Below the pieces are notes generated by a model. That model ran no database searches, had not been told where the DNA came from, and saw nothing but the letters and a program-made list of their open reading frames with translations. A stretch of 64,000 nt of DNA from the human T2T-CHM13v2.0 reference genome, Homo sapiens. Shown here in pieces: positions 14,801-27,900 of the stretch. The DNA is taken from assembly GCF_009914755.1 (NCBI RefSeq), contig NC_060933.1; one strand, given 5' to 3'. Each line of letters begins with the position of its first letter. Positions within the stretch are counted from its first letter, which is position 1. The position numbers were made by a program, and so were the translations under genes.

Positions 14801-17800
14801 AACATAGGCCACTAAGCACTCCAAATGTCCACTTGCAGATTCTACAAAAAAGAGTGTTTCCAAACTGCTCAATCAAAAGAAAGGTTTAACTCTGTCAGTT
14901 GAGTGCACACATCACAAAGTAATTTCTCAGAATTCTTCTGTCTGTTTTTTATGGGAAGATATTTCCTTTTCCACCATAGGTGTCAAAGCGCCCCAAATGT
15001 CCACTTGCAGATCCTACAAAAAGAGAGTTTCAAAACTGCTCAATGAACAGAAACGTTAAACTCTGAGAGACAAATGCACACATGACAAAGAAGTTTCTCA
15101 GAATTCTTCTGTCTAGTTTTTATGTGAAGATATTTCCTTTTCTACCATAGGAAGCAAAGCACACCAAATTTCCACTTGCAGATTCTGCAAAAACAGTGTT
15201 TCCATCCCGGTCAATCAAAAGAGACGTTCAACTCTGTGCAAAGAAGGCACCCATCACAAAGAAGTTTCTCAGAATTCTTCTGTCTAATTTTTATGTGAAG
15301 ATATTTCATTTTCCACCATAGGCCTCAAAGTACTCAAAATGTCCACTTGCAGATACTACAAAAGGAGTATTTCAAGGCTGCTCCATCAAAAGAAATATTC
15401 AACTCTGGGAGATGAATGCACACATCACAAAGAAGTTTCTCAGAATGCTTCCATCTAGTTTTTATTTGAAGATAATTCCATTTCCACCATAGGCCTCAAA
15501 GCACTACAAATGTCCACTTGTAGACTCTACAAAAAGAGAGTCTCAAAACTGCTCAATCAAGAGAAAGAGTTAACACTGTGAGATGAATGCACACATCACA
15601 AAGAAGTTTCTCAGATTGCTTCTGTCTAGATTTTATGTGAAGATATTTGCTTTTCTTCCATTGGTTGCAAAGCGCTGCAAATCTCCACTTGCATATTCTA
15701 CAAAAAGAGTGTTTCCAGACTGCTGAATCGAAAGAAAGGTTCAACTCTGTGAGATGAATGCACACATCACAAGGACGTTTCTCAGAATTCTTCTGTCTAG
15801 TTTTTATATGAAGATATTTCCTTTTTTACCATAGGTCTCAAAGCGCTACAAATGTCCACTTGTAGATTATACAAAAAGAGAGCTTCAACACTGCTCTATC
15901 AAAAGAAACGTTTAACTCTGTGAGATGAATGCACACATCACAAAGAAATTTCTCAGACTGCTTCTGTCTAGATATTATTTGAAGATATTTCCTTTTCTAC
16001 TGTAGGCCACAAAGAGCTCCAATTTCCACTTGTAGATTGTACAAAAAGTGTGTTTCCAAACTGCTCAATCCAAAGAAAGATTCAACTCTGTGAGATGAGC
16101 ACATGCATCACAAAGAAGTTTCTCAGAAATCTTCTGTCTAGTTTTTAAGTGAAGATATTTCGTTGTCCAACATAGACCTCAGAACGCTCCAAATGTCCAC
16201 TTGCGGATACTCCAAAAGGAGTGTTTCAAAACTGTTCAATCCAAAGAAAGTTTTACCTCTGTGAGATGAATGTACAGTACTCCAAATGTCCTCTTGCAGA
16301 TTCTACAAAAAGAGTGTTTCCAAACTGCTTAATCAAAAGAAAGGTTCAACTGTGTGAGATGAATGCACACATCACAAAGAAGTTTGTCAGAATTCTTCTG
16401 TCTAGTTTTCATGTGAAGATATTAACTTTTTCACCATAGGCCACAAATTGATCCAAATGTCCACTTGCAGATTCTACAACAAGAGAGTTTCAAAACTCCT
16501 CTATCAAAAGAAAGGTTTAATACAGTGAGGTGAATGCACATATCATAAAGAAGTTTCTGAGATTGCTTCTGTCTAGATATTATGTGAAGATATTTTGTTC
16601 TCTACCATAGGCTTCAAAGCGCTCCAAATGTCCACTGACAGATTCTACAAAAGGAGTATTTCCAAACTGCTCAAAGAAAGTTTCAACTATGAGATGAATG
16701 CACACATCACAAAGATGTTGTTCAGAATTCTTCTGTCTAGTTTTTATGTGAAGATATTGCCTTTTCCACCACAGGCCTCAAACTGCTCCAAATGTCCACT
16801 TCCAGATCCTACAAAAAAAGAGTTTCAAAACTGCTCAATCAAAAGAAAGATTTAACGCTGTGAGATGAATGCACATATAAGATAGAAGTTTCTCAGATTG
16901 CTTTTGTCTAGATTTTATGTGAAGATATTTCCTTTTCTACCTTAGGCCGCAAAGCGCTCCAAATGTCCACTTGCAGATTCTACAAAAAGAGTGTTTCCAA
17001 ACTGCTCAATCAAAAGAAAGGTTCAACTCTGTGAGATGAATGCACACATCACAAAGAAGTTTCTCAGAATTCTTCTTTCTAGTTTCTATGTGAAGATATT
17101 TCCTTTTCCACCATAGGCCTCAAAGCGCTCCAAATGTAAACTTGCAGAATCTACAAAGGAAGCGTTTCAAAACTGCCAATCAAAAGAAACTTTTAACTCT
17201 GTGAGATGAATGCATACATCACAAAGAAGTTTCTCAGATTGCTTCTGTCTATTTTTTATGTAGAGCTATTTCCTTTTCTACCATAGGCCCCAAAATGCTC
17301 CAAATGTCCACTTGCAGATTTTACAAAAAGAGTGTTTCCAAACTGCTAAATCAAAAGAAAGGTTCAATTCTGTGAGATGAATGCACACATCACAAAAAGT
17401 TTCACAGAATTCTTCTGTCTAGTTTTTATGGGAAGAAATTACCTTTCCCACCATTGGCCTCAAAGTGCTCCAAATGTCCACTTGCAGATTCTACAAAGAG
17501 AATTTCAAAACTACTCAAAAGAAAGATTTCACTCTGTGAGACGAATGCACATATCACAAAGAAGTTCTCAGGTTGCTTCTCTTGAGCTTTTATGTGAAGT
17601 TATTTCCTTTTCTACCATTGACCGCAAAGTGCTCCAAATGTCCAACTGCAGATTCTACTAAGAGTGTTTCCAAACTGCTCAATCAAAAGAAAGATTCAAC
17701 TCTGTGAGATGAACCTGCACATTCCAAAGAAGTTTCTCAGAGTTCTTCTGTCTAGTTTTTATGTGAAAATATTTCCTTTTCCACCGTAGGCCTCAAAGCA

Positions 17801-20800
17801 CTAAAAATGTGCATTTGTAGATTCTATAAAAAGAGAGTTTCAAAACTGATCAATGAAAAGAAAGGTTTCCTCTTTGAGATGAATGCACATATAACAAAAA
17901 ATTTATCAGATTGCTTCTGTCTAGATTTTATGTGAAGATGTTTCCTTTTCTACCATAAGCCACAAAGCGCTCCAAATGTCCACTTGCAGATTCTTGAAAA
18001 AGAGTGTTTCCAACAGCTCAATCAAAAGAAAAGTTCAACTCTGTGAGATGAATGAACACATCACAAACAATTTCTCAGAATGCTTCTGTCTAGTTTTTAT
18101 TTGAACATATTTCCTTTTCCACAATAATCCTGAAAGCGCTCCAAACATCCAATTGCAGATTCTACAAAAAGAGTGTTTCAAAACTGCTCATCAAAAGAAA
18201 GGTTCAACTCTGTGAGATTAATGCACACATCACAAAGAAATTTCTCAGAATTCTTCTGTCTAGCTTTAATGTGAAGATATTTTCTATTCCCCAATAGGCC
18301 CCACAACAGGCCTCGAAGCCCTCCAAATATCCACCTGCAGACTCCACAAAAAGAGTGCTTCCAACTGCTCAATCAAAAGAAAGGTTCAACTCTGTGAGAT
18401 GAATGCACACATCACAAAGAGGTTTCTCAGAATTCTTCTGTCTAGTTTTTATGTGAAGATATTTCCTCTTCCACTACAGGTCTCAAAGTGCCCCAAATGT
18501 CCACTTTCAGATTCTAGAAAAAGAGAGTTTCAAAACTGTTGAATCAGAAGAGAGGTTTAACTCTGTGAGATGAATGCGCACATCACAAAAGTAGTTTCTC
18601 AGATTGCTTCTTTCTAGATTTTATGTGAAGATATTTCTTTTTCTACCATAGGCTGCAAAGCGTTCCAAATGTCCACTTGCAGATTCTACAAAACGAGTGT
18701 TTCCAAACTGCTCAATTAAAAGAATGATTCAACTCTGTGAGATGAACACACACATCACAAAGTTTCTGAGCATTCTTCTGTCTAGTTTTTATGTGAAGTT
18801 ATTTCCTTTTCCACCATAGGCCTCTATGCACTCCAAATGTCCACTTGCAGATTCTTGAAAAAGAGAGTTTCAAAACTGCTCAATCAAAAAAAGGTTTAAC
18901 TCTGTGAGATGAATGCACACATAACAGAAATGTTTCTCAGATTGCTTCTGTCTAGATTTTATATGAAGATATTTACTTTTCTACCATAGGCCGCAAAGCA
19001 CACAAAATGTCCACTTTCAGATACTCCAAAAAGAGTGTTTCCAAACTTCTCAATGAAAAGAAAGTTTCAACTCTGAGAGACGAACGCTCACATCACAAAG
19101 AAGTTTCACAGAATTCTTCAGTGTAGTTTTTATGTGAAGATATTTCCTTTTCCATCACAGGTCTCAAAGCGCTCCAAATGTCCACTTGCAGATGCTACAA
19201 AAAGAGAGTTTCAAAACTCCTAAATCAAAAGAAAGGTTTTACTCTGTGAGATGAATGCCCACATCGTAAAGAAGTTTCTCAGATTAGTTCTATCGAGATT
19301 TTATATGAAGATATTTCCTTTTCTACCATAGGCAGCAAATCGCTCCAAATGTCCACTTGCAGATTCTACAAAAAGAGTGTTTCCAAACTGCTCAATAAGA
19401 AGAAAGGTTCAACTCTGTGAGATGAATGAGCACATGAGAAAGACGTTTCTCAAAATTCTTCTGTCTAGTTCTTATGTGAAGATACTTATTCTTCCACCAT
19501 AGGCCGCAAAATGCTCTAAATGTCCACTTGCAGATTCTACAAAAAGAGTATTTCCAAGTTGCTCAATCAAAAGAAAGGTTCAACTCTGTGGGAGGAACAC
19601 ACACAACACAAAGAAGTTTCTCAGAATTCTTCTGTGTAGTTTTTATGTGAAGATATTACCTTTTCCACCATAGGCCTCAAATCGCTCCAAATGTCCACTT
19701 GCAGATTCTACAAAAAGAGAGTTTCAAAACTGCTCAATAAAAAGAATGGTTTAACTCTGAGATATATGCACACACCACAAAGAAGTTTCTCAGATTGCTT
19801 CTGTCTAGATTTTATGTGAAGATATTTCCTTTCCTACCATAGGCTGCAAAGCCCTCCAAATGTCCACTTGCAGGTTGTACAAAAAGAGTGTTTCCAAACT
19901 GCTCAATCAAAAGAAAGGTTCAACTCTCTGAGATGAACGCACACATCACAAAGAAGTTTCTTAGAATTCTTCTGTCTAGTTTTTATGCGAAGATATTTCC
20001 TTTTCCAAAATAGGCCTGAAAGCGCTCCAAATGTGCACTTGCAGATTCTACAAAAAGACAGTTTCAAAACTGCTTAATCAAAAGAAAGGTTTATCTCTCT
20101 GAGCTGAGTGCACACATCGCAAAAAATTTCTCAGATTGCTTCTGTCTATATTTTATGTGAAGATGTTACCTTTTCTACCATAGGCTACAAAGCACTCCAA
20201 ATGTCCACTTGCAGATTCTACAAAAAGAGTGTTTCCAACAGCTCAATCAAAAGAAATGTTCACCTCTGTGAGATGAATGAACACATCTCAAGCAAGTTTC
20301 TCAGAATGCTTCTGTTTAGTTTTTATTTGAAGATATTTCCTTTTCCACAATAGTCCTGAAAGCGCTCCAAACATCCACTTGCAGATTGTACAAAAAGAGT
20401 GTTCCAAAACTGCTCAATCAAAGAAAGGTTCAACTCTCTGAGATTAATGCACACATAACAAAGAAGATTCTCAGAATGTTTCTATCTAGTTTTAATGTGA
20501 AGATATTTCCTATTCCACAATAGGCCCCACAATAGGCATCAAAGCCCTCCAAATATCCTCCTGCAGATTCCACAAAAAGGATGTTTCAAAACTGCCCAAT
20601 CAAAAGTAAGTTTCAACTGTGTGAGATGAATACACATATCACAAAGAAGGTTGTCAGAATGCTTTGGTCTAGTTTTTATCTGAAGATATCTCCTTTTCCA
20701 CCATAGTCCTAAAAGTGCTCCAAATGTCCACAAGCACATTGTACAAAAAGAGCATTTCCAAACTGCTCAATGAAAAGAAAGGCTCAGCTCTGTGAGATGA

Positions 20801-23800
20801 ATGCACAGATCACAAAGAAATTTGACAGAATGCTTCTGTTTAGTTTTTATGTGAAGATGTTTTCTTTTCCACCAGAGGCCTCAAAGCGCTCCCAATGTCC
20901 ACTTGCAGATTTTATGAAAGGAGTGTTTCAAAGCTACTCCAACAACAGAAAGGTTCAACTCTGTGAGTTGAATGCACACATCACAAAGAAGTTTCTGAGA
21001 ATGCTTCTGTCTAGTTATTATGTGAAGATATTTCGTTATCCACCATAGACCTCAAAGCACTCCAGATGTCCACTTGCAGATTCTGCAAAAAGAGTGTTTC
21101 AAAACTGCTCAATTGAAAGTAAAATTCAACTCTGTGAGATGAATTCACACTTCACAAAGAAACATCTCGGAATGCTTCTGTCTAGTTCTTATGTGAAGAT
21201 ATTTCTATTTCCACCATAGGCCTCAAAGCGCCCCAAAAGTCCACTTGCAGATTCTACAAAAAGAGATTTTCAGAATTGCTCAGTGAAAAGAAAAAGTTAA
21301 CTCTGTGAGATGAATGCACACATCACAAAGAAGTTTTTCAGACTGCTTCAGTCTAGATGCTATATGAAGATATTTCCTTTTCTACCTTAGACAGCAAAGC
21401 GCTCCAAATGTCCAATTGCAGATTATACAAAAACAGTGTTTCAAAACTGTTCAATCAAAAGAAAGGTTCAACACTGTGAGATGAACGCACACATCACAAT
21501 GATGTTTCTCAGAAATCTTCTGTCTAGTTTTTATGTGAAGATATTTCCTTTTACACCATAGGCCTCAAAGTGCTAAAAATGTCAACTTGCGTTTTCTACA
21601 AAAACAGAGTTTCAAAACTGCACAATCAGAAGAAAGGTTTAACTCTGTGAGATGAATAGACACATCACAAAAAGTTTCTCAAATTCCTTCTGTCTAGATT
21701 TTATGTGAAGATATTTTCTTTACTGCCATAGGCTGCAAAGCGCTCCAAAGGTCCGCTAGCAGAATCATCAAAAAGATTGTTTCCAAAATGCTAAATAAAA
21801 GAAAGTTTCGACTCTGTGAGATGACCGCATAAATCACAAAGAAGTTTCTCAGAATTCTTCTGTCTAGTTATTATGTTAAGATATTCTCTTTTCCAGGATA
21901 GGCCTCAAACCGCTCCAAAGGTCTACTTGCAGCTTCTACAAATGAGAGTTTCAAAACTGCTCAATCCAAAGAAAGGTTTAACATGGTGAGATAAATGCAC
22001 ACATCACAAAGAAGTTTCTCAGATTCCTTCTGTCTAGATTTTATGTGAGGATATTTCCTATTCTACCATAGCACACAAAGCGCTTTAAATGTCCACTTGC
22101 AGATTCTTCAAAAAGAGTATTTCAAAACTGGTCCTTCAAAGGAAAGATTCAACTCTGGGAGGTGAATGCACACATCACAAAGAAGTTTCTCAGAATGCTT
22201 CTATCTAGTTTTTATATGAAGATATTACCTTTTCCACATTGGCCTCAAAGTGCTCAAAATGTCCACTTGCAGATTCTACAAAAAGAGTGTTTCCAAACTG
22301 CTCAATCAAAAGAAAGGTTCAACTCTATGAGATGAACACACACATCACAAATAAGTTTGTCATAATGCTTCTGTCTAGATTTTATGTGAAGATATTTAAT
22401 TTTCCATAATAGGCCTCAAAGTGCTCCAATGTCCACTTGCAGATTCTACAAAAAGAGTGTTTCAAAGCTGCTCAATCAAAAGAAAGTTACAACTCTGTGA
22501 GATGAATGCACACATCACAAAGAAGCTTGTCAGGATGCATCTGTCTAATTTTTATGTGAAAATATTCCCTTTTCCACCATAGGCCTCAAAGTGCTCCAAA
22601 TGTCCACTTGCAGATTCTACAAAAAGCGTGTTTCAAAGCTGCTCAATCAAAAGAAAGTTTCAAGTCTGGGAGATGAATGCACACATCACAAGGAAGTTTG
22701 TGAGAATGCTTCTGTCTAGTTTTCATGTGAAGATCTTTCCTTTTCCACCAGAGACCTCAAGGCGCTCCAAATGTCCACTTGCAGATTCTACAAAAAGAGA
22801 GATGCAAGACTGCTCAATGAAAAGTAACGTTCAATTCTGTGAGGTGAATGCACACATCACAAAGAAGATTCTCAGAATTTTTCTGTCTAGTTTTTATGTG
22901 AAGATGTTTCATTTTCCACCATAGACCCCAAGACGCTCGAATGGTTCACTTGCAGATTCTACAAAAAGATTGTTTCAAAGCTGCTCAAACAAAGGAAAGG
23001 TTCAACTCTCTGAGATGAATGCACATGTCACAAAGAAGTTTTTCAAAAAGCTTCTGTCTTGTTTTGATGTGAAGATATTTTCTTTTCCACCATAGGCCTC
23101 AAAGTGCTGCAAATGTCCACTTCCAGATTCTACAGAAAGAGTGTTTCAAAGCTGCTCAATGAAAAGTAAGGTTCAACTCTGTGAGATGAATGCACACATC
23201 ACAAAGAAGTTTGTCAGAATGCTTCTGTCTAGGTTTTATGTGAAGATATTTCCTTTTCCATGATAGGCCCCAAAGCACTCCACAGGTCCAGTTGTAGATT
23301 CTACAAAAAGAATGTTTCAAAGCTGCTCAATCAAAAGAAACGTTCATCTCTGTGACATGAATGCACACATCACAATGAAATTTATCAGAATGCTTCTGTC
23401 TAGTTTTTTTGTGAAAATATTTCCTTTTCCACCATAGGCCTCAAAGTGCTCCAAATGTCCACTTGTAGATTCTACAAACAGAGTGTTTAAAAACTGCTAA
23501 ATGAAAAGAAAGATTCAACTCTGTGAGATGAATACACACATCACGAAGAAGTTTGTCAGAATGCTTCTGTCTAGTTTTTATATGTTGATATGTCCTTTTC
23601 CACAATAGGCCAGAAAGTGCTCCAAATGTCCACTTGCAGATTCAACAAAAAGAGTGTTTCAAAGCTGCTCAATGTAAAGAAAGGTTCAACACTGTGAGCT
23701 GAATGACCACATCTCAAAGAAGTTTGTAAGAATGCTTCTGTCTAGTTTTTATGTGAACATATTTCCTTTTCCACCATAGGCCTCAAAGGGCTCCACATGT

Positions 23801-24259
23801 CCTCTTGCTGATTCTACAAAAAGAGGGTTTCAAAGCTGCTCAATTAAAAGAACAGTTCAACTCTGTGTGAGATGAATGCAAACATCACAAAGAAGTTTCT
23901 CATAATGCTTCTGTCTAGTTTTGTTGGGAAGATATTTCCTTTTCCACCATATGCCTCAAAGCGCTCCAAATGCACACTTGCAGATTCTACAAAAATGGTG
24001 TTTCAAAACTGACCAATCAAAAGTAAGGTTCAACTCTTTGAGATGAATGCAGACATCACAAAGTAGTTTTTCAGAATGCTTCTGTCCAGTTTTTATGTGA
24101 AGATAAGTCCTTTTCTACTATAGGCCTCAAAGCACTCGAAATGTACACTTGCAGATTCTACAAAAAGTGTGTTTCAAAGCTGCTCAATCAAAAGAAAGGT
24201 TCAATTCTGTGAGATGAATGCATGCATCATGAAGAAGTTTGTCAGAATGCTTTTGTCTA
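5824..24259 (-). repeat. Alpha satellite, divergent layer of A-type (pJalpha-box) monomers, old SF4-like class
   Basis: ~171-bp tandem units; the + strand is the reverse complement of the usual ALR/Alpha consensus (CTTCTGTCTAGTTTTTATGTGAAGATATTTCCTTTTCCACCATAGGCCTCAAAGCGCTCCAAATGTCCACTTGCAGATTCTACAAAAAGAG...). Old-layer signatures are GAGATGAATG, GCTCAATC and TTCTCAGA. No CENP-B box seen. The SF label is inference. Confidence 0.95.
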
Positions 24260-24274
24260 TTTTTTTTTTTTTTT

Positions 24275-24613
24275 GTGAGCAACAAGGCTGTTTATTTCAC
24301 CTGAGTGCAGGTGGGCTGAGTCCAAAAAGAGAGCAAAAGGTGATTGGATTATCATTAGTTCTTATAGGTTTTGGAATAGGCAGTGGAGTTAGGAGCAATG
24401 TTTTGCGGGCAGGAGTTGGATCTCACAAAGTACATTCTCAAGGGTGGGGAGAATTACAAATTACAAAGAACCTTCTCAAAGGTGAGGGAGATTAAAAAGA
24501 ACTTTCTTAAGGGTGGGGGAGATTACAAAATACATCAGTTAGTGTGAAGCAGAAACAAAACACAATGGTGGAATGTCATCAGTTAAGGCTATTTTCACTT
24601 CTTTTGTGGATCT
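24275..24613 (-). mobile_element. HERV-H LTR fragment (LTR7B-like), partial U3 plus R, ending at its poly(A) site
   Basis: Minus strand reads AGATCCACAAAAGAAGTGAAAATAGCCTTAACTGATGACATTCCACCATTGTG ... CCTATAAGAACTAATGATAATCC ... GGACTCAGCCCACCTGCACTCAGGTGAAATAAACAGCCTTGTTGCTCACA-poly(A). This matches my recall of LTR7-family sequence. U5 and the first part of U3 are absent. Confidence 0.85.
24291..24296 (-). terminator. AATAAA polyadenylation signal of the LTR, used by the retrocopied transcript
   Basis: TTTATT on + at 24291-24296, 16 nt from the start of the T tract at 24274. Confidence 0.85.
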
Positions 24614-24805
24614 GGGACGTGAGGAGTGCCTCTGCCTGGACGCCCATTGTCTGGGATGTGAGGAGCGCCTCTGCCCGGCCGCCCCATCTGGGAAGTGAGG
24701 AGCTCCTCTGCCTGGCCACCCCGTCTGAGAAGTGAGGAGCGCCTCTGCCCGGCCGCCCCATATGGGAAGTGAGGAGCGCCTCTGCCTGGCCACCCTGTCT
24801 GGGAG
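24612..24805 (+). repeat. SVA/LAVA-type GC-rich VNTR, about 5 units of 38-40 bp
   Basis: Units of TCTGGGAAGTGAGGAGCGCCTCTGCCCGGCCGCCCCA with variants. Confidence 0.92.
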
Positions 24806-24835
24806 GTCTACCACAGAGGCCAGACGCAGTGTGGG

Positions 24836-24943
24836 GGCTGGACGTGGTGGCTCACGCCTGTAATCCCAACACTCTGGGAGGCCAAGGTGGGTTGATCACT
24901 TGGGGCTAGGGGTTCGAGACCAGCCTGGTCAACATGGCAAAAC
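24836..24943 (+). mobile_element. Alu left-arm fragment (AluS-type), part of the composite
   Basis: GGCTGGACGTGGTGGCTCACGCCTGTAATCCCAACACTCTGGGAGGCCAAGGTGGGTTGATCAC...GTTCGAGACCAGCCTGGTCAACATGGCAAAAC; no right arm. Confidence 0.9.
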
Positions 24944-25289
24944 ATATGAAAATTACAACAAACCAAACAACCAATCAACCAACCCAGCAACAACAAAACA
25001 GGTCTACCCTGGAGTCATACTCTAAATTTTTCTATTTTCCTCCCTTTCTGATCCTTTATCCCACTTTCTTTTTCTTCCTCTTCCTTCTCCTTCTTGTCAA
25101 AGACATAGAGGATTGAGTTATTATCATTGATCAATACAAAGTCCCTCTCTCATTTATTTTCTTTCATTCCCACCCCCCATTTCTATTCCCCATCTTCCTG
25201 TGTGCAACCTTCCTAATATGTTTGATATGCTTCTTTTTGTATATATTTTTAGAAAATGTTAAATAAAAAAAATTTAAGAAAGCCCTGCA

Positions 25290-27217
<1,928 letters not shown>

Positions 27218-27322
27218 CCTTTCACAGCTGGGGAGTGGAGACTGGGCCTGTGGTGGTGCTGTGTGCCTCCCAGCGCCTGGGGCGGTGCTCTGCACCTCCC
27301 GGTGCCTGCGGCGGTGCTGTGC
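27218..27322 (-). repeat. First exon of the chimera, with about 2.5 copies of a 29-bp GC-rich repeat (TAR1/subtelomeric 29-mer-like)
   Basis: Minus strand: GCACCGCCGCAGGCACCGGGAGGTGCAGA / GCACCGCCCCAGGCGCTGGGAGGCACACA / GCACCACCACAGGC. The TAR1 resemblance is from recall. Confidence 0.55.
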
Positions 27323-27900
27323 CTTTTGTCTACTTTTTATATGAAGATATTTCCTTTTCCACCATAGGCCTCCAATTGCTCCAAATGTCCGCTTACAGAT
27401 TCTACAAAAACAGTGTTTCAAAACTGATCAATGAAAAGTAAGGTTCAACTCTGTGAGATTAATGCACACATCACAAAGAAGTTTGTCAGAATGCTTCTGT
27501 CTCGTTTTTATGTGAAGATATTTTCTTTTCTTCTATAGCCTTCAAAGTGCTCCAAATGTCCACTGACAGATTCTCCAAAAAGAGTGTATCAAAGCTGCTC
27601 AATCTAAAGAAATGTGCAACTCCGTGAGATGAATGCATACAACTCAAAGAAGTTTGTCAGAATGCTTCTGCTTAGTTTTTATGTGAAGATATTTCCTTTT
27701 CCACAATAAGGCTCAAGGCACTCCAAATGTCTACCTCCAGATACTACAAAAATAGTGTTTCAAAACTGCTCAATGAAAAGTAAGGTTAAACTCTGTGAGA
27801 GGAATGCACACATCACAAAGAAGTTTGTCAGAATGCTTCTATCTAGTTTTTCATGTGAAGATATTTCCTTTTCCACCATAGACCACAAAGTGCTCCAAAT
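27323..27900 (-). repeat. Alpha satellite, continuation of the old A-type layer after the retrocopy
   Basis: Resumes in monomer register at the TSD, with the same AAGTTTGTCAGAATG and GCTCAAT signatures as 22.3-24.2 kb. Confidence 0.9.

Larger units (their letters stand above)
24612..25281 (+). mobile_element. 5'-truncated LAVA-like composite: SVA-type VNTR, unique segment, Alu left-arm fragment, unique segment, old L1-derived segment, A-rich tail
   Basis: The VNTR ends ...GTCTGGGAG and continues GTCTACCACAGAGGCCAGACGCAGTGTGGGGGCTGGACGTGGTGGCTCACG..., then CAACAACAAAACAGGTCTACCCTGGAGTCATACTCT..., TAGAGGATTGAGTTATTATC..., GTGCAACCTTCCTAATATGTTTGAT...AAATAAAAAAAA. Order and sequence match my recall of the LAVA 3' end (U1-AluSz-U2-L1ME5). 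There is no SINE-R. Confidence 0.75.

Noticed and set aside
24612-25281. Calling this a canonical SVA
   Set aside because: There is no CCCTCT hexamer, no 5' Alu-like domain and no SINE-R. The sequence after the VNTR is of the LAVA type.
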